Assembly (NCBI RefSeq): GCF_001447785.1
Contig: NW_015173676.1
Coordinates: 2,085-66,084, forward strand
From: Gekko japonicus
Lineage: Eukaryota
Reading direction: 5' to 3'
Length of the DNA: 64,000 bases
In this document: positions 1 to 13,277 of the stretch, in pieces
Layout: the number at the start of each line of letters is the position of its first letter
Position numbering within the stretch: the first letter of the stretch is position 1
Made by a program: the position numbers and the translations under genes
The notes under the pieces: generated by a model
Seen by the model: the letters and a program-made list of their open reading frames with translations, nothing else
What the model was told of the DNA's origin: nothing
The model's database searches: none

Positions 1-109
1 CCACCACACAACCAGGATCAAGACTCCTAAGTGGACCAACAGACAGGCATACACTCATTTGAGAAACTGAGTATTACATTACAACACCTCTGGAACATTA
101 CAGATCAGT

Positions 110-300
110 AGAGGCAGTACTGCACAGTGGTCAGAGTTTCAGATTGATGTGGGGAGACCCAGGTTTGTATTCTCACTCTGCTGGCTGAGTGACCCCGGGC
201 CAAATCTCCCCTTCTCTACCTAACCTACCCCACAGGGTTGTTGTGAGGATGAAATGGAGACTCATGGGTAGGGTCCCCAGCTTCCCTGGCAGGAAGACTA
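110..300 (+). mobile_element. degenerate tRNA-derived SINE
   Basis: tRNA-like head (gcagtactgcacagtggtcagagt...ccaggtttgtattctcactctgc) followed by the body 'gagtgacc..ggccaa..tctctacctaacctaccccacagggttgttgtgaggatgaaatgga', which is shared with the SINE copies at 29212 and 36160. Confidence 0.6.
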
Positions 301-1005
301 TGTTAAGAAATCTCTCACAATTATGCAGCCATAGCAGGCAGGAGGGAAGGAGGCAAATACCTCCAGTGCTAGAGACTTGTAGAGGAAGAGTCAAACTTTG
401 GGGACTTACCCGTGCACCAGAGGGCCAAGGCAGCAGGAGGCAAGAAGCCTGGACGAGCTGGGCTCCTCCATGCCTGGCAGAAGATGAGGTGCAGAGGTGA
501 GAGGTGGGCAAGCAGAAGAGGCACTCAGTCAGCTGCACAAGCTGCATGCAAAGAAACTCCCGCCGCCCGAAGCTTCAGGGCTGCCTCGTTAAAGGAGTGC
601 GGAGGCCAGACTCGCAAATGAGAAAAAGCAAGCTCAGAGTTCGTGGGTCGCATTTTGGGCTGTGGAAGAGGAACCGGCTCCATTCCTGGAGTTCTCTCGA
701 GTTCCTGCGCTTTTGGTTTTGCTTTTTGCCAATCTGCCTCCCAAGACTGCTCCAGGTGCTCCGGCCTGAGGGCTGCTGGGGCTTCCCGCAGTTCGGCCCC
801 ATTATAACCTATGGGCCATTGAAGTCAATGGCAAAAACATAGGGTATATTCTGGGGGCTGGAGGAGAGGGGGTTTGAGGGAGAGGGAGAGGCTCCAGAAT
901 CGCAGGGGAGCTGCTGGAGCCTCTCCCCAGGATACCCACCATGTTTCAGGAACATTGAACCAGGGGGTCCAATTCTACAGGCCCCCAAACAGGTTGCCCC
1001 ATCCC

Positions 1006-1066
1006 CTCCATTGTTCTCTATGGTGGGGGAAAAGGTACTTTTTCCCCACCATAGAGAACAATGGAG
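1006..1066. repeat. near-perfect palindrome/hairpin, probably internal to a MITE-like element
   Basis: ctccattgttctctatggtgggg is the exact reverse complement of ccccaccatagagaacaatggag (23 bp); the stem extends through gaaaag/cttttt to a 3-nt loop. Confidence 0.9.
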
Positions 1067-1560
1067 AGAATAGGCCATCAGCGCCTACAGCGGAAGAGCC
1101 ACACTCAAGGGGCTCTAGAGCTGCATTTTGCCTACCACCGGACTAGAGGAAACTCTTCATTGATTCCCCTTGGTGGACTTTTGTCAGGTCATTTTGACAG
1201 ATGGCCAGGTATAACATCTGTATACTGACACACACCCCTCCCAATGAGGATGTTTATGTGCTTTTGTTATCTCAGCATAATGGAGTTTGTGGCTCGGCTG
1301 AAATCCCACACAGAACTAGACCTATTTCCCCAATAAACATAGGAATATACTATAACAGTGACCTCTAATGGAAATTGTGACTTTAGAAATTATATGCCTG
1401 GATGTGATTCTTGCTTCCAGAAGTTCAGCAAGCCTTTGAAAGAGCTACTGGTTGTGAATTCTGTATACCTTAGGCATGTTTATGTATTATGGCAATTTTA
1501 TGCTGTTGTAAGCTGCCCTGAGCCAGCCTAGGCCAGAATGGGTGGGATAGAAATCAGCAA

Positions 1561-1629
<69 letters not shown>
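1561..1629 (+). repeat. (GAT)23 microsatellite
   Basis: Perfect GAT run directly after an L2-like 3' end (gtaagctgccctgagcc...gggtgggatagaaat). Confidence 0.97.
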
Positions 1630-2412
1630 AACATGTTTATGGTTCCAGGATCAGCCAAATGAAGAACTGCAAGTTCTGTATTCCTCTTTTTAATGTACAT
1701 GATTGAAATAAGTAGCACTTTCCTCAGACACTGTTTTTCTTGTTTATGACTGAAGTACTTCAACAGGGCAGCATACTGACCTCTCCTAAAGCTATTGTCA
1801 ATTCCATGGTGTCACCTCCTGATTGAGAAACAATTACCATTTTGAACCATAGACAAGGATTCTTCTATAGCCGCCTTGCAGAATATTTCATCACTTCATG
1901 AGCTGTCCTCTTACCTCAGTTCTTTTCTGAGCTGCAGTATGTGTTGTAACCTCTATGCTAAGTACATCTTCATAACTCATACCCAGAGTATTAAATCATT
2001 TATGTTTCACTTAACCTCTTCTTTCCCTTCAACTCTCCCTAAGAAATGCCAAATGGAAGAGAAATAATGCTTAGAAATAGATGATGGTCTCATTATACCC
2101 CCTGTCTGGTTACAGGCAAATATGTTGAACTCCCAATGGATTTGTTGAATATTTTAATGCTTATGATGTCCCTCTAGCTTTCCACTCCTTCCTTCCTGAG
2201 GTCCAGGCAGTTGACGGCTAACCCAAATAAGCCATATTCCGGTGGTGACCATGGTATTAGAAATGTCATTTATTCTATAAATAACCACAAGCTTAGTGTG
2301 TTGATTAGAGCTCTCTTCTCTGCCCATTTGGCAAATGTGATGACTGGCCTCCTTATAATATTGGACTTTTAAAAAATCAAAGGAAGTTCTAGGGCTCACA
2401 GTATATACTTAC

Positions 2413-2533
2413 GTTGCACATAGCACATTCCACAAACTATGCCCTAGGACTGTGCTGGTTATAGGACTGATAAAGGCTGAACTACTGTAGGTGGGGTTTT
2501 TTATGTTATCTTCTGCAGGACTTTTTTTCTGTC
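2413..2533 (-). other. candidate exon of an unidentified minus-strand transcript (121 nt)
   Basis: Minus-strand acceptor gtttctctgcag|G and donor AC|gtaagt; one open frame, QKKSPAEDNIKNPTYSSSAFISPITSTVLGHSLWNVLCA; not TE-like; peptide not recognised. Confidence 0.35.
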
Positions 2534-2649
2534 CTGCAGAGAAACCAGTGATTGATTTTCTCAACTGGACTGATCTACAGAAGAAACGTTTGGCTCAATA
2601 TAATATTTACAAATAAGGAACAACTAGATGTGAACTGTAGGAATACTTT

Positions 2650-2867
2650 TAAGGGTTGCCAGCCTCCTAGTGGGGCCTGGAGACCTCCCAGAATTACAAC
2701 TAATCTCCAGACTACAGAGGTCAGTACCCATGGAGGAAACGGCAGCTTTGGAGCATAGAGGCTATGACAGTATACCATGCTGATGTCCCCCCATTCCCCA
2801 AACCCCACCCTTCTCAAGCTCCACCCCCAATCCCCAGGAATTTTCCAACTCAAAGTTGGCTACGCTG
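2650..2867 (+). mobile_element. hAT-type MITE (TAGGGTTGCC TIR family), degenerate
   Basis: Starts taagggttgccagcc and ends gttggctacgctg; internal sequence resembles the copies at 45.8-47.9 kb. Confidence 0.65.
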
Positions 2868-3394
2868 ATACTTTCAAGTGCATATAAAATAGGATTGTAT
2901 GCCTTCAGTATTTTAAGAGACAACAGTTTCATTTAAAAGCTAATGTAGACAGTACAATTAGAAAAGATGCTGCAAGATCCGCGAATGAGCCTCCTGAGTG
3001 GGATTTTTTAAAATAGCAAAGGGTCCTGACTCAGATTGGGGCTATAATATGGGGAAAATGCGATTTGACCTTTCCTCTTGCACTGTTTTCCTGACCACTG
3101 GAGCTGCCATTTGCCAAACTGTAAGAAATAACCTGTAAGAAGTCCTGTTTGCCAAGTATTTGCCAGTGGGTCAAGTATCAGCTTGAGGGGGCTGTGTTAG
3201 GTCAGCAAAATGGCACAGTGGGAAAGGGTTAAGCAGCATGACCATGTGACCACTGGTAACAAAAAAGAACTTCTCAAGAGATCATTCATAGATTTCCCAG
3301 CATCCTGTCTAATTTGGCCTTCAGCAAGACTGCTGCTCTAGTGGTTGAATTTTACAAAGCCAATCTAAAATAAAATATTGCAGAATAAATGTAG

Positions 3395-3597
3395 AACACA
3401 TAAACTCAGTGAAGCTGCCTTGGACTGAGTCAGATCATTCGATCATTCGGGTCAGTATTGTCAGCTCTGCCTTGCAGTGAATCTCCATGGTCTTGGGCAG
3501 AGGTCTTCATGTCACCTGCATCCTAAGTGGAGATGGGAAGGACTGAATCTGGGGCCTTCAGTGTTCAAAGAAGATGCTCAGCCACTGAGCCACAGCA
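3395..3597 (-). mobile_element. old tRNA-derived SINE with CR1-like tail
   Basis: Reverse complement starts with a tRNA-like head (gctgtggctcagtggctgagcatct...aaggccccagattcagtcc) and ends in a CR1-like tail (ctgactcagtccaaggcagcttca...tatgtgttcta). Confidence 0.6.
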
Positions 3598-3943
3598 CCT
3601 TGCCTTGAAAAAGATCTCTTCTTCATCCCTGAGTTTCAGTGGATGCCAGATCAGCCCACTGTTCAGATTGCAATTTTGTCACAAATTATGAGCAGCACCA
3701 TTGAACACACAGAGACTCAAACGCAAAAGTTATTGTTTTCAAACATTTGAAATTGGATCGCAAGTACTCTGCACATGTATATTCTCATGCTGCTTTCCCC
3801 ATCCTTCATTTCTCATCTTTGTTAATGTTGAAAAATAAAAAGAGGTGTTTCAGTTCTGCTGAAATGTGGTATGTGTGTATATGTGTACAATGATGGTGCT
3901 TGTAATTTATGTCCAGGTTGCAAACAATGGAGTGATCAGGTAT

Positions 3944-6390
3944 CAGGGCCATAGCCAGTGGTGGTGCACATGGGGAGGCACCCCATTTTGGATCTGTGGT
4001 GCTTCCACCCCAGCAGCACCCTCACCCCAGTCTTCAAGTTGGAATCCAGGTACTGCTTAAGCCATGCCACACCACCGATGGCCCAGTGATTTCTCTAACC
4101 CTCCTTCCTTCCGCTCACCCCTTACCCAGGCAGTAAGAGGAAGCAGCATGTGAGCTGGAAGAAGAAAGGAAGAAAGGAAGTGTTAGAGAAATTGCTTTGG
4201 GCTGGCAGCAGCCCCAGGGTGGTGGTGCACCCTGCTGGGGTCAGGGGGGGCAGCCCACACTGCAGCCCAGTGCCTTGGCAAGCTTGCAAGTGCCTGGGAA
4301 GCCACGGCAGGTTTCAGAGCCACTGCCATCTGGTTTCCCCCTCCTGGGCTGGGCTGTTCCTGGGTTGGGTCTTTATGAGGGTGGTGGCCACCAAACTTGT
4401 CAGCTGGGCACAGACTGGGAAGCAGCTCAGCTCGGCGCTGGTCTCAGGTTGGAAAAGCCTTGGGGTGGAGCCAAGCTACTTTGCTTGGGGTTGGAGTCCC
4501 AGCATAGCAGAGCCCCTCTGCTTCATTGGCATGCAGAAGGCAGCCCCTTAAGAACATAAGAGAAGCCAATGTTGGATCAGGCCAATGGCCCATCCAGTCC
4601 AATACTCTGTCACAAAGTGGCCAAAAATACCAGGTGCCATCAGGAGATCCAGCAGTGGGGCCAGAACACTAGAAGCCCTCCCACTGTTCCCCCCCCAAGC
4701 ACCAAGAATACAGTGCATCACTTGCCCCAGCCCGAGAGTTCCTATCTATACCTTGTGGCTAATAGCCACTGATGGACCTCTGCTCCATATTTTTATCTAA
4801 TTCCCTCTTGAAACCATCCATGCTTGTAGCCACCATCACCTCCTGTGGCAGTGAATTCCATGTGTTAATCACTCTTTGGGTGAAGAAGTACTTCCTTTTA
4901 TCTGTTCTAACCCGACTGCTCAGCAATTTCATTGAGTGCCCACGAGTTCTTGTATTGTGAGAAAGGGAGAAAAGTACTTCTTTCTCTACCTGCTTTATCC
5001 CATGCATAATCTTCTAAACCTCAATCATGTCACCCCTCAGCTGTCGTTTCTCCAAGCTAAAGTGCCCCAAGTGCTTCAACCTTTCTTCATAGGGAAAGTG
5101 TTCCAACCATTTTATCATTCTAGTTGCCCTTTTCTACACTTTTTCCAGTGCTATAATATCCTTTTTGAGGTGTGATGACCAGAACTGTACACCATATTCC
5201 AAATAAGGTTGCACCATTGATTTATACAGGGGCATTATGATACTGATTGATTTGTTTTCAGTTCCCTTCCTAATAATCCCGAGCATAGCATTGGCCTTTT
5301 TTATTGCAGTCACACACTGTCGCGACATTTTCAGTGAATTATCTACTACAGCTCCAAGATCTCTCATAGTTCAGACCTCATCAATGTGTATTTATAATTA
5401 GGATTTTTGGCTCCAATGTGCATCACTTTGCACTTGGTCTCAACAGATTTTGTTCATCAATGTGCCTACTAATTCTTTCCTTAATAACAGTTTCCACTAG
5501 CTTACTCAATATCAACATCAGACTGACTGGCCTGTAATTTCTTGGATCTCCTCTGGAACCCTTTTTAAAGATGGGAGTGACATTAGCTTCCTTCCAGTCC
5601 TCAGGAATGGAGGCAGATTTTAAGGAAAGATTACATTTTTTTGTCAGGAGATCCACAAGTTCACATTTGAGTTCTTTCAGAACTCTCCGAGGTATGCCAT
5701 CTGGGCCTGGTGATTTATCAGTTTTAAAGTGGGCTATCAGTTTTAGGACCTCCTCTCTTGTCACCTCAATCTGACTTAGGTCTTTCAACACCCCTCCTGA
5801 AATCAGCAGTTCTGGAGTGGGCAAGCACTTCTCATCTTCCACAGTGAAGACAGAGGCAAAAAATGCATTCAGCTTCTCAGCCATTTCCCTATCATCCTTC
5901 AGGGCTCCTTTTACCCCTTGGTCATCCAAGGGCCCCACTGCCTCCCTGATTGGTTTCCTGCTTCTAATGTATTTGAAGAAAGTTTTATTGTTGGTCTTTA
6001 TGTTTTTTGCTATATTCTCCTCATATTCCCTTTTTGCCTGTCCTTCTTGGAGAGAGTTGTGGTCAACTTGTGTTGGTTTGAGAAACTCTCTTCTCATGAG
6101 GTTGGAGAACTTAGTTGAGTTTGTCTGCAGGCTCTCCAAGACTCCCGTTATCGATTGCACACCAAACTTTCCCCAACTAGAGCACTCCTGGTCAGATGCA
6201 TGCTGGCAACTTCCTGCCAGGATAAGAAGGTACTTTTCCTCCAATACAACAAACAGGTTTCTGTTCATGTGCACAATATACAGGAGCCTTACAAAGAAAC
6301 TAGAAGGGGTAGGGGACATGGATTTAATTTAATGAGTGTTCCCCCAGTGCCCTGGCACCCCCTCTGAAAAAATTTCTGGCTACAGGGTTG
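3944..6390. mobile_element. non-autonomous hAT-like element hosting a CR1 insertion
   Basis: Imperfect TIRs cagggccatagccag / ctggctacagggttg; 8-bp flanks tcaggtat (3936-3943) and tcaggcat (6391-6398), consistent with a hAT TSD with one mismatch. Confidence 0.6.
4549..6041 (-). mobile_element. CR1 LINE, 5'-truncated and internally deleted
   Basis: ORF2 peptides [68 protein letters not shown] and TRGHSMKL..KYFFTQRVINTWNSLP; 3' end ttcttatgttctt; the RT core is deleted at the junction near 5437. Confidence 0.95.
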
Positions 6391-9199
6391 TCAGGCATTT
6401 TACTGTCAGATACAAAGCATAATTGCATGACTTCCTACAAATACACCATATAAACTATGAAAATCCAGTATCCTTGATTGTCAAATACAGAAAGCAAATA
6501 TACAGAGTATATTCAAGCATACATGTAACACCTGGACAATATCCAACATAAACATTTGCAAGTCTAATTCTGAGGAGAATTTTAATAACAAAATAGAGCA
6601 TTATTAACGCGCTATCTGATGAATCACTGCACTAGGAAAACAGCTTTTAGCTTGTGCTAGTTAATTAAAGTTAATAGATTTTTGCCTTATTTTTTTTAAA
6701 AAAACTAAATCAACACTTACTTAAAGAGCCTTGAACATGCATGAGGAATCAGTTGTTGTCTATCAATGAGAAAATCTGCAGGACTAAAAAAATTCTCTGT
6801 GTCGACTACATGCTACATCATCACCATGATCTAAATAGAATAATGGACACACATCTAATAGATTTGTTATGTCATCTAGCTGTAACTTTAGGCTGCAGAT
6901 CTAGAACTATCTATTCATGAGCACTTCCAGCAGTTTTCTGTTTGGTATTCCTAATGGGTTTCAGCATTTCAGAGTTACTTTTGGTCTGTATTTTTTGTTG
7001 GTGAATATGATCGACTATAAGATAGAAGGCAAGCTGCGTTCAGGACTCTCTTTTTTAACTCAGGAAATGCATCTGTGCTCTATGGATCCACACTTTCTTT
7101 TTTTAAACAGCTAAATAAGCATATGCATTCTAAAGTCAGCATGTGGTCTAAAAATATTACCTGTACAGATTCTGCCAAATACCAGAATTAATGGGATTTG
7201 TGAGCCTGGTGCCAGTAAGCCTTTTGGAATTGATAGCTATGCAAGCCAGAGTCCACAAACCATCCAGTCTCATTTCCAGATTACTGTTACGCAGCATGAA
7301 GTGTATGTGTTTGATGTTGTTACTAGGCTAGTTTTAGGGAGTGTGAAAGTGCATTTTGTAATTGTGGAGCAGAAACTTCCGGTAGAGCTACATTTGTGTT
7401 AAATCAGAATGAAGTATTAATGCAATACAAGCAGACCACCTGCAAGGACTGTTGGGGGAGGCATCTGAATTTCTCCTCTCCTTGTATTTCCTTTTTCTTT
7501 CCCCTAAAAAGCCCCCATAGGCTGTCCCTGTTCCCTGCTTCCTTCTCTCCTTCCCACCCACCAGGCAGCCTACCTTTTTCTGCCCCCCAGTCTCCAGCTT
7601 TTCCCTATTCCCTCCCCTGTCAACCTTACCCATGAAAAGTCTGGTTGAGTTGTGCAGCACCAGCCCCAAGGCCAGGCCCAGTGTTGTGAGTATTGAGTTT
7701 CTAGTGGTCCCTGCTGAGCCTGTTCCTGGGGAGTCCTCCATCAAGGGAGAAGGACAGGACCTTTGCAGGGCTGCTTTAGCCTCCAAAGGCTCCTGTCCAA
7801 GTTTTTCTTTACAGAAACCAAAGCTTAGCAGGCTCAGCGATGTGATTGCCTAGCAATTGATTCTTTTAAGGAGTTTTAATCCCACAATGTATTACCATTT
7901 TTTTTAGATTTCAGATTTTTCTTGAAAGCTAGGACTTCCTTCAGGTTTGTAGAGATATCTCCCCCCCCCCATTGGTCCCTAGCTCTGTTTTGTGGATTTA
8001 TTAAGGCACACTCTTGTGGCCCAGTTTAGAATTAAATATGTGATGCATAGGCATAAAACTGTAAGAATATAATACATAAATACAGACATTTTGGATCAAA
8101 ATTATATCCTAGGATAATTTAAAAAATCTATTGACAGACTGCATGGAAGCATGGGAGGTAAGGACTGGAGGGGGCACCATCTTGCCTATGGCTGGTCTGG
8201 CTCTGCAGAAAAAGGGGACAGTGTTCATGAAGGTGGTGGGCAGCCATAGCCAGAGTCATCCGTGTGTCTGGCATCCTTCCCCCCAATGCAACCTACTCGC
8301 TTTGTGAGCTGCTCATTGCCTTGTGCCCACAGCCACCTCCTGGCAGGTGATGGCCATTACAGGAACATGGGGGGTGGGGCAGGGTAGGGGATTGGCATCT
8401 TCCCATGGTGAGATGGCCCACCTTCACATTCCCCTGTGTGTGGGTGGCATGGCTGCTGCACTATCTGGTGGTGGGGACAGCCAATGCCAGCCAAGCTGGA
8501 CTGAGGCCAAGAAGGTATTACTGTACAAGTTGGTGGTAGAGCATCCAAGCATTGCCCATGCCACCATCAGGAGCAGCTCTACCACCTCCTGCCTCCGTGC
8601 CTTCTGGCGCATGGCTGCAAAATGAGTCTCTGCTCTGGGACATGCCATCTGGATGGAGATGTCCCACTCTGAAGCACTAGAACAATTCCTTTGGTCCCAC
8701 TCAGAAGTGTGTTTGAGCCCTCATGGCCAAAGGTGTTCCTTAAGAGTGGGCAGTGGAGGAGGGTCTGCTGGGATCAGAGGCTGTCATGCAGGTGGTGATA
8801 CCCCCATGGCGGTGGTTGGCACTGGCATTTAGGTCCTGTGTGGTGAGTGTCATGGTTGCTACGATCACCTGGCCCCAGCTGCGGGGGCCAGGTCCTGCCA
8901 CCCACTGCCTTCAACCGCCCCCATTGTCCTGACCAATGTCCCTCCCCCCACAGATGACTTGCAGGGTGAGGATGCTGGCACGGGCCCATCCTCCGAGGTT
9001 GGCAGGGAGGGCCAAGGATGCAGTAGCAACCAGAGCAACTGGGTACTGGCCTCCACCCCCACTTTGCGGAGAGTGACCAGGAGAGTGTGACTGAATTGAT
9101 TCTTCTGGTTTTCTTGGTGTATTTTAGTGACATCAGCCATGAACAGTTGGTTGAGATGGTCATCGGGAGTGCCACTCTCTGGTTGTTCTGTTCTTATCT

Positions 9200-10040
9200 A
9201 GCCAGCCAGAATGTGGTGTCAGGATATATCTGCTTGGCCTTTATACTATTTATGCTATGGCATCCTGCAGGGTTCTATTCTGTTAATTGTATAGCATATA
9301 CAGAATGTGTCATCAGTGGTCTGATGATACCCAACTCTGTTTCTTCCTTTCAAATGAGTCGGGTGAGACAGTAGATGTTCTGAACTGATATCTGGGTGCA
9401 GTAATTGGATGGAAGAGGGCCAATACATTGAAACTGAATTGTGGATTTAATTTGTTCTGAAAGTGATCCCATACCTCCTTAAGGAGCAGATTTATAGTCT
9501 GAGGCTTTATCCAGCTTTGGATGCATGTCAGATGCTCCCTTTCCTTGGCAGACATGATCTAACCACAATTGTTCACCTTCAATGGAAAACAGCACATGGA
9601 TAGTAGCCGTCTGACTCAGAGTTTTGTGGCAAGATTGCTTATTTTCTGTTGTGCCAAGACTTTGGCACTTCCTCACCATATTAATTCACTATAAAAATCT
9701 GCTGTTCTGTTGGACGTCAGGCCAAAACATTTTATTTTGTTTGAGACTTTTAAAAATATTTCTCTACCTGCATCATTCCTATACACATTAATGTTGCAGT
9801 ATGCTTTTATCTCTACTGGGTCTTATTTGTTTGTTTGATTTTTAAAATATTGATTGTTGCTTGCTTTTACATTTTGATTTGCCTTTCTGTTGCTACTTTT
9901 AATGATTTTTCTGTCACTCTTGTATATTTTTATGCTCCTGGTTTCCCCCAAAAAATAATTTGTTGTTATAACAGCTGTTGAAAGTCACTTCAGAAATGTC
10001 TTTATTGACAGAATGGAATATAAATATTTAAAACAAATAA
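9200..10040 (+). mobile_element. highly degenerate L2 LINE fragment
   Basis: Remnants of the GVPQGSIL (ggcatcctgcagggttctattctg), DDTQL (tgatgatacccaactc) and ANKLKLN motifs; AT-rich 3' tail ending taaaacaaataaa. Confidence 0.55.
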
Positions 10041-13000
10041 ATGGGCTTTTGCACTGGAAGCACATTATGCTCATGACTGCCTTTAAGAATTTCCTGTCCG
10101 CCAAACGCAGGCTTGTTTTTTCCAAACCTCCCTTGGAATCCAGATAATTGTCTGGAGAGGGGGGGGGGGAATCAATTTGCTGTGAATAAGAACATGATCT
10201 TGATTGTTACCTGTTGAGATTGTTGCAGCAAAGAAACAGTAAGAAATTATTTCTCAGTCTTTCTATTGCCTAGGCAAAACAATTCCTCACAATTCCTCAC
10301 TGAAAAGCAGAGCTCACTGTCCTGATATATAAATTGCTGTGCCTCAGAGCACAATAGAAAATTCATTCTCTGTTATCTTGTAGGCAACTCAGACAACGCT
10401 GTTAAAATTTACCTTCCACAGGTTAAGGAGACACAATTGGAGGGTTTTTCCCCCAAGAGAGGAAACATAAACAAAGATGCATTCTGGTGTACAAATCTTA
10501 TTAAATCCTGAGAAAAAGTAAATACAGGTGTTTGTCTTTTTTTCATGAAGGGCTATTTTCTTTCATCTGCAGTTGCATTTTGCTGATGCTCTTTGTTTGC
10601 TATTGATATGTGGCAGAATTATTTGGCTGTGTACTGGAACAAAGTGCCAAATGTGGTGATTACTGTACTTCTGCTATAAGCACAAGCAGTGATGAGTGCA
10701 ATATAACACAAATTAAATGAGTATCACTATTTCTGTACCCTGGGGGAAAGCTGAGCAAAGCTATCCAGTGATTACACTACCATCAGCTTGTCATTAACAA
10801 CTCCAGATGGCAGTGCTTTAACCACAAAGGGTGCCAGGTGGAATGAGGGGGCAAGAATAACTAAATAGCAAAGTGTGACCTTATGACAATCTGAGTTGCA
10901 AAATGAGTTGCTTAGTATAGAAGGCAGCAATAGGATCTTTTTTGGAGACACACTAGAAAATCACTGGGCTGGATCAAACTTTCCCTTCTCTGTTCATCAC
11001 AGGGGAGAGTCTGCAGTTTCCCTAGATTCACCTCTCTAGGTCTGTCTGTGTGACATCCCATACTGTAGCAGGTCATTTACACAGCCCTTAGGAATGGGTG
11101 AAGGGAGAGTGGGGAGGAGAAACATATATTCTGGGAATGGAACTCAAACAATATTTGAGTTATGTGCAAGTGCATATGATGTAATTGGATTTCAAAAAAG
11201 AAAGAACATAACATTGCTTGCATTTTGTTGTGGTCATTGTTGTTTTGTTGTTTTCTTCCTCCAAATGTTGTTTTCTATTTTTCTTTTTGTCTTTTACAAG
11301 AAACAGTGCTTAGGAAGCAGATAATGTACTTGCTTTAGAAATAGCCATAATGTTTATTGATATCCTCGGTAAGTAAATAGATACAATATTGTTCCATATT
11401 TCCTGTCCATTTTCATATTTTTTTAAAAATATATTGTGGCTATTTTAGTTTATTTTATTACATACTTTATAAAAGGAACAGAACATCATTCATTAACAAT
11501 AGGACAAAGAAAAAAGAGATTAACAAACAAACAAAACATTTCATCATGGTATAGGTATCCTTGATTTTGCCAACCAATTCATGAACCTTAGGGATTGAAT
11601 TTGATTGTTAGAATCTCATGTAAAGAAGTATAGCCACTGTGATTAAATTTAAAAGAATAAGCTGAAACTGTTTTAGAAATGTAGCTGCATAATTAAACAA
11701 AAGTACCTCTGGAATAATAATAATTTCTCTAAAAATGCTGATACTGATCAATTCAGTAATCTTCATCCAATATTTTTTTTGCTCCAGAACACTACCACCA
11801 GATATGCATAAAGTCAGCTGCTGGAGCCTTACAAAATCAACTGGCACCTGAACATTAGTTGTAAATCATTATTATGATCATAGTGAAGATCTTTGGGGTA
11901 AGATAGAGTTGATGGGTCATCTTAACAAGGTTCTTGTTTAAAGCAAGGCATAAGATGAAAGAGGAACCAAAAGAAAAGCCAAAGCTCAAAACCCTATCAT
12001 CAAGTTCTTTGTCAAGATCTTTATTCCTCTACATACACTAATACTACATACTATTCTACATCCATCTAGGATGTAAATTTACATTCAATAACATATTATA
12101 CAGCATCGATAGAATATGTTTTGGTGTTTCTGTAAGAAGGCTCTCAAATTCAGATAAATTCCTTAGTCTAAAGAGTTTTGTTTGGTAAAAGCTGCTCATC
12201 TGAAAATATACAAAAATGTTAATATGACTATTATTACTTCTAAAAATGAGATCATATGAGATTATCATATTTTAACCACCAAAGAAGTATATCTATCCAA
12301 GTCTAATTTCCCTCATTTATAAAGTCTAAATTTTTGCATTTAATGAAGTGAAAATAAGCTGATACCTATGTAAGTCTCTGGCTATCAAGGACAATGAAGA
12401 GATCCCAGAAGATAACTGCTTATGGTATTTATCCCAAACATACAACAAATTATTAATTACTAGATCATCAAAGTTGTAAACTCTTTTCTATCTGTCTTGA
12501 ACAGCCACCAAAAAGGCATCTTAACAAAATATTTCTCAATTGCAACCTCAGAAGATTTTCCATCCAGATCACCTATTAATCAGGAAAGTTTGGCTGCATC
12601 ATGGTAGACTTGCAGGCTTGGAATACCCTTCCCCTCATAGTCCATTTCAATTGAGCTAGAGTCCAATTCATCTTTGGTTTTTTAGATGCCCAGATAAATG
12701 TGCTAATAACATTTTACCAATTCTTTATAACAGCTTCTGGGATGGCAATCAGAAAAGTAGCCAACAAATAAGCTACTTTGGGAACCACACTCATTTTAAC
12801 AGCATTAATATGGCCTAAGAGATAGATGTTCAAGGTCTTCTACAGAAATAGCTTGTATTTAGTGTCATTAATCACAGAGCTGAAATTGTTGTTAATCAAA
12901 ACAGAATTGTCCAGACCAATTTTAATACCCAAATATGTTATGGATATTCATGTTTGTTGACTAGTTTTGAGGGGGGTGCAGCTCAGCTGAGGATAGATTA

Positions 13001-13277
13001 ATAAGAAGTGCTTCTGTTTTGGCTACATTAAGTTTATAGCTGGCTACATCAGTGAAAGAGGCAAGTATCCACTTTGGTTCAAGAGAGGATCCATCTACAT
13101 TTTTAAAAAACAGGACAATATCACCTGCATAAAAACCCTATATTGTGATTCTATAAACCAATCTTAAAATCTGTGATGTTCCAGATAAACCAGTCTTAAA
13201 CCCTTGATGTTCCAGATTCTCTTATTGCTATTACTAAAGGTTCTAGTGATAAATTAAAGAGAAGTGCCTAAAGAGGG

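Noticed and set aside
1554-1763. Poly-Ser ORF
   Set aside because: It is simply the translation of the (GAT)n microsatellite.
1915-2040. Minus-strand segment with acceptor and donor-like sites
   Set aside because: All three frames contain stops and there is no other support.
8160-9200. GC-rich block with several ORFs and a possible degenerate CCHC knuckle (..*CFRVGHL..ACP, minus strand)
   Set aside because: It may be an old gag relic, but the motif needs a stop and a frameshift corrected, and no LTR or pol is adjacent.
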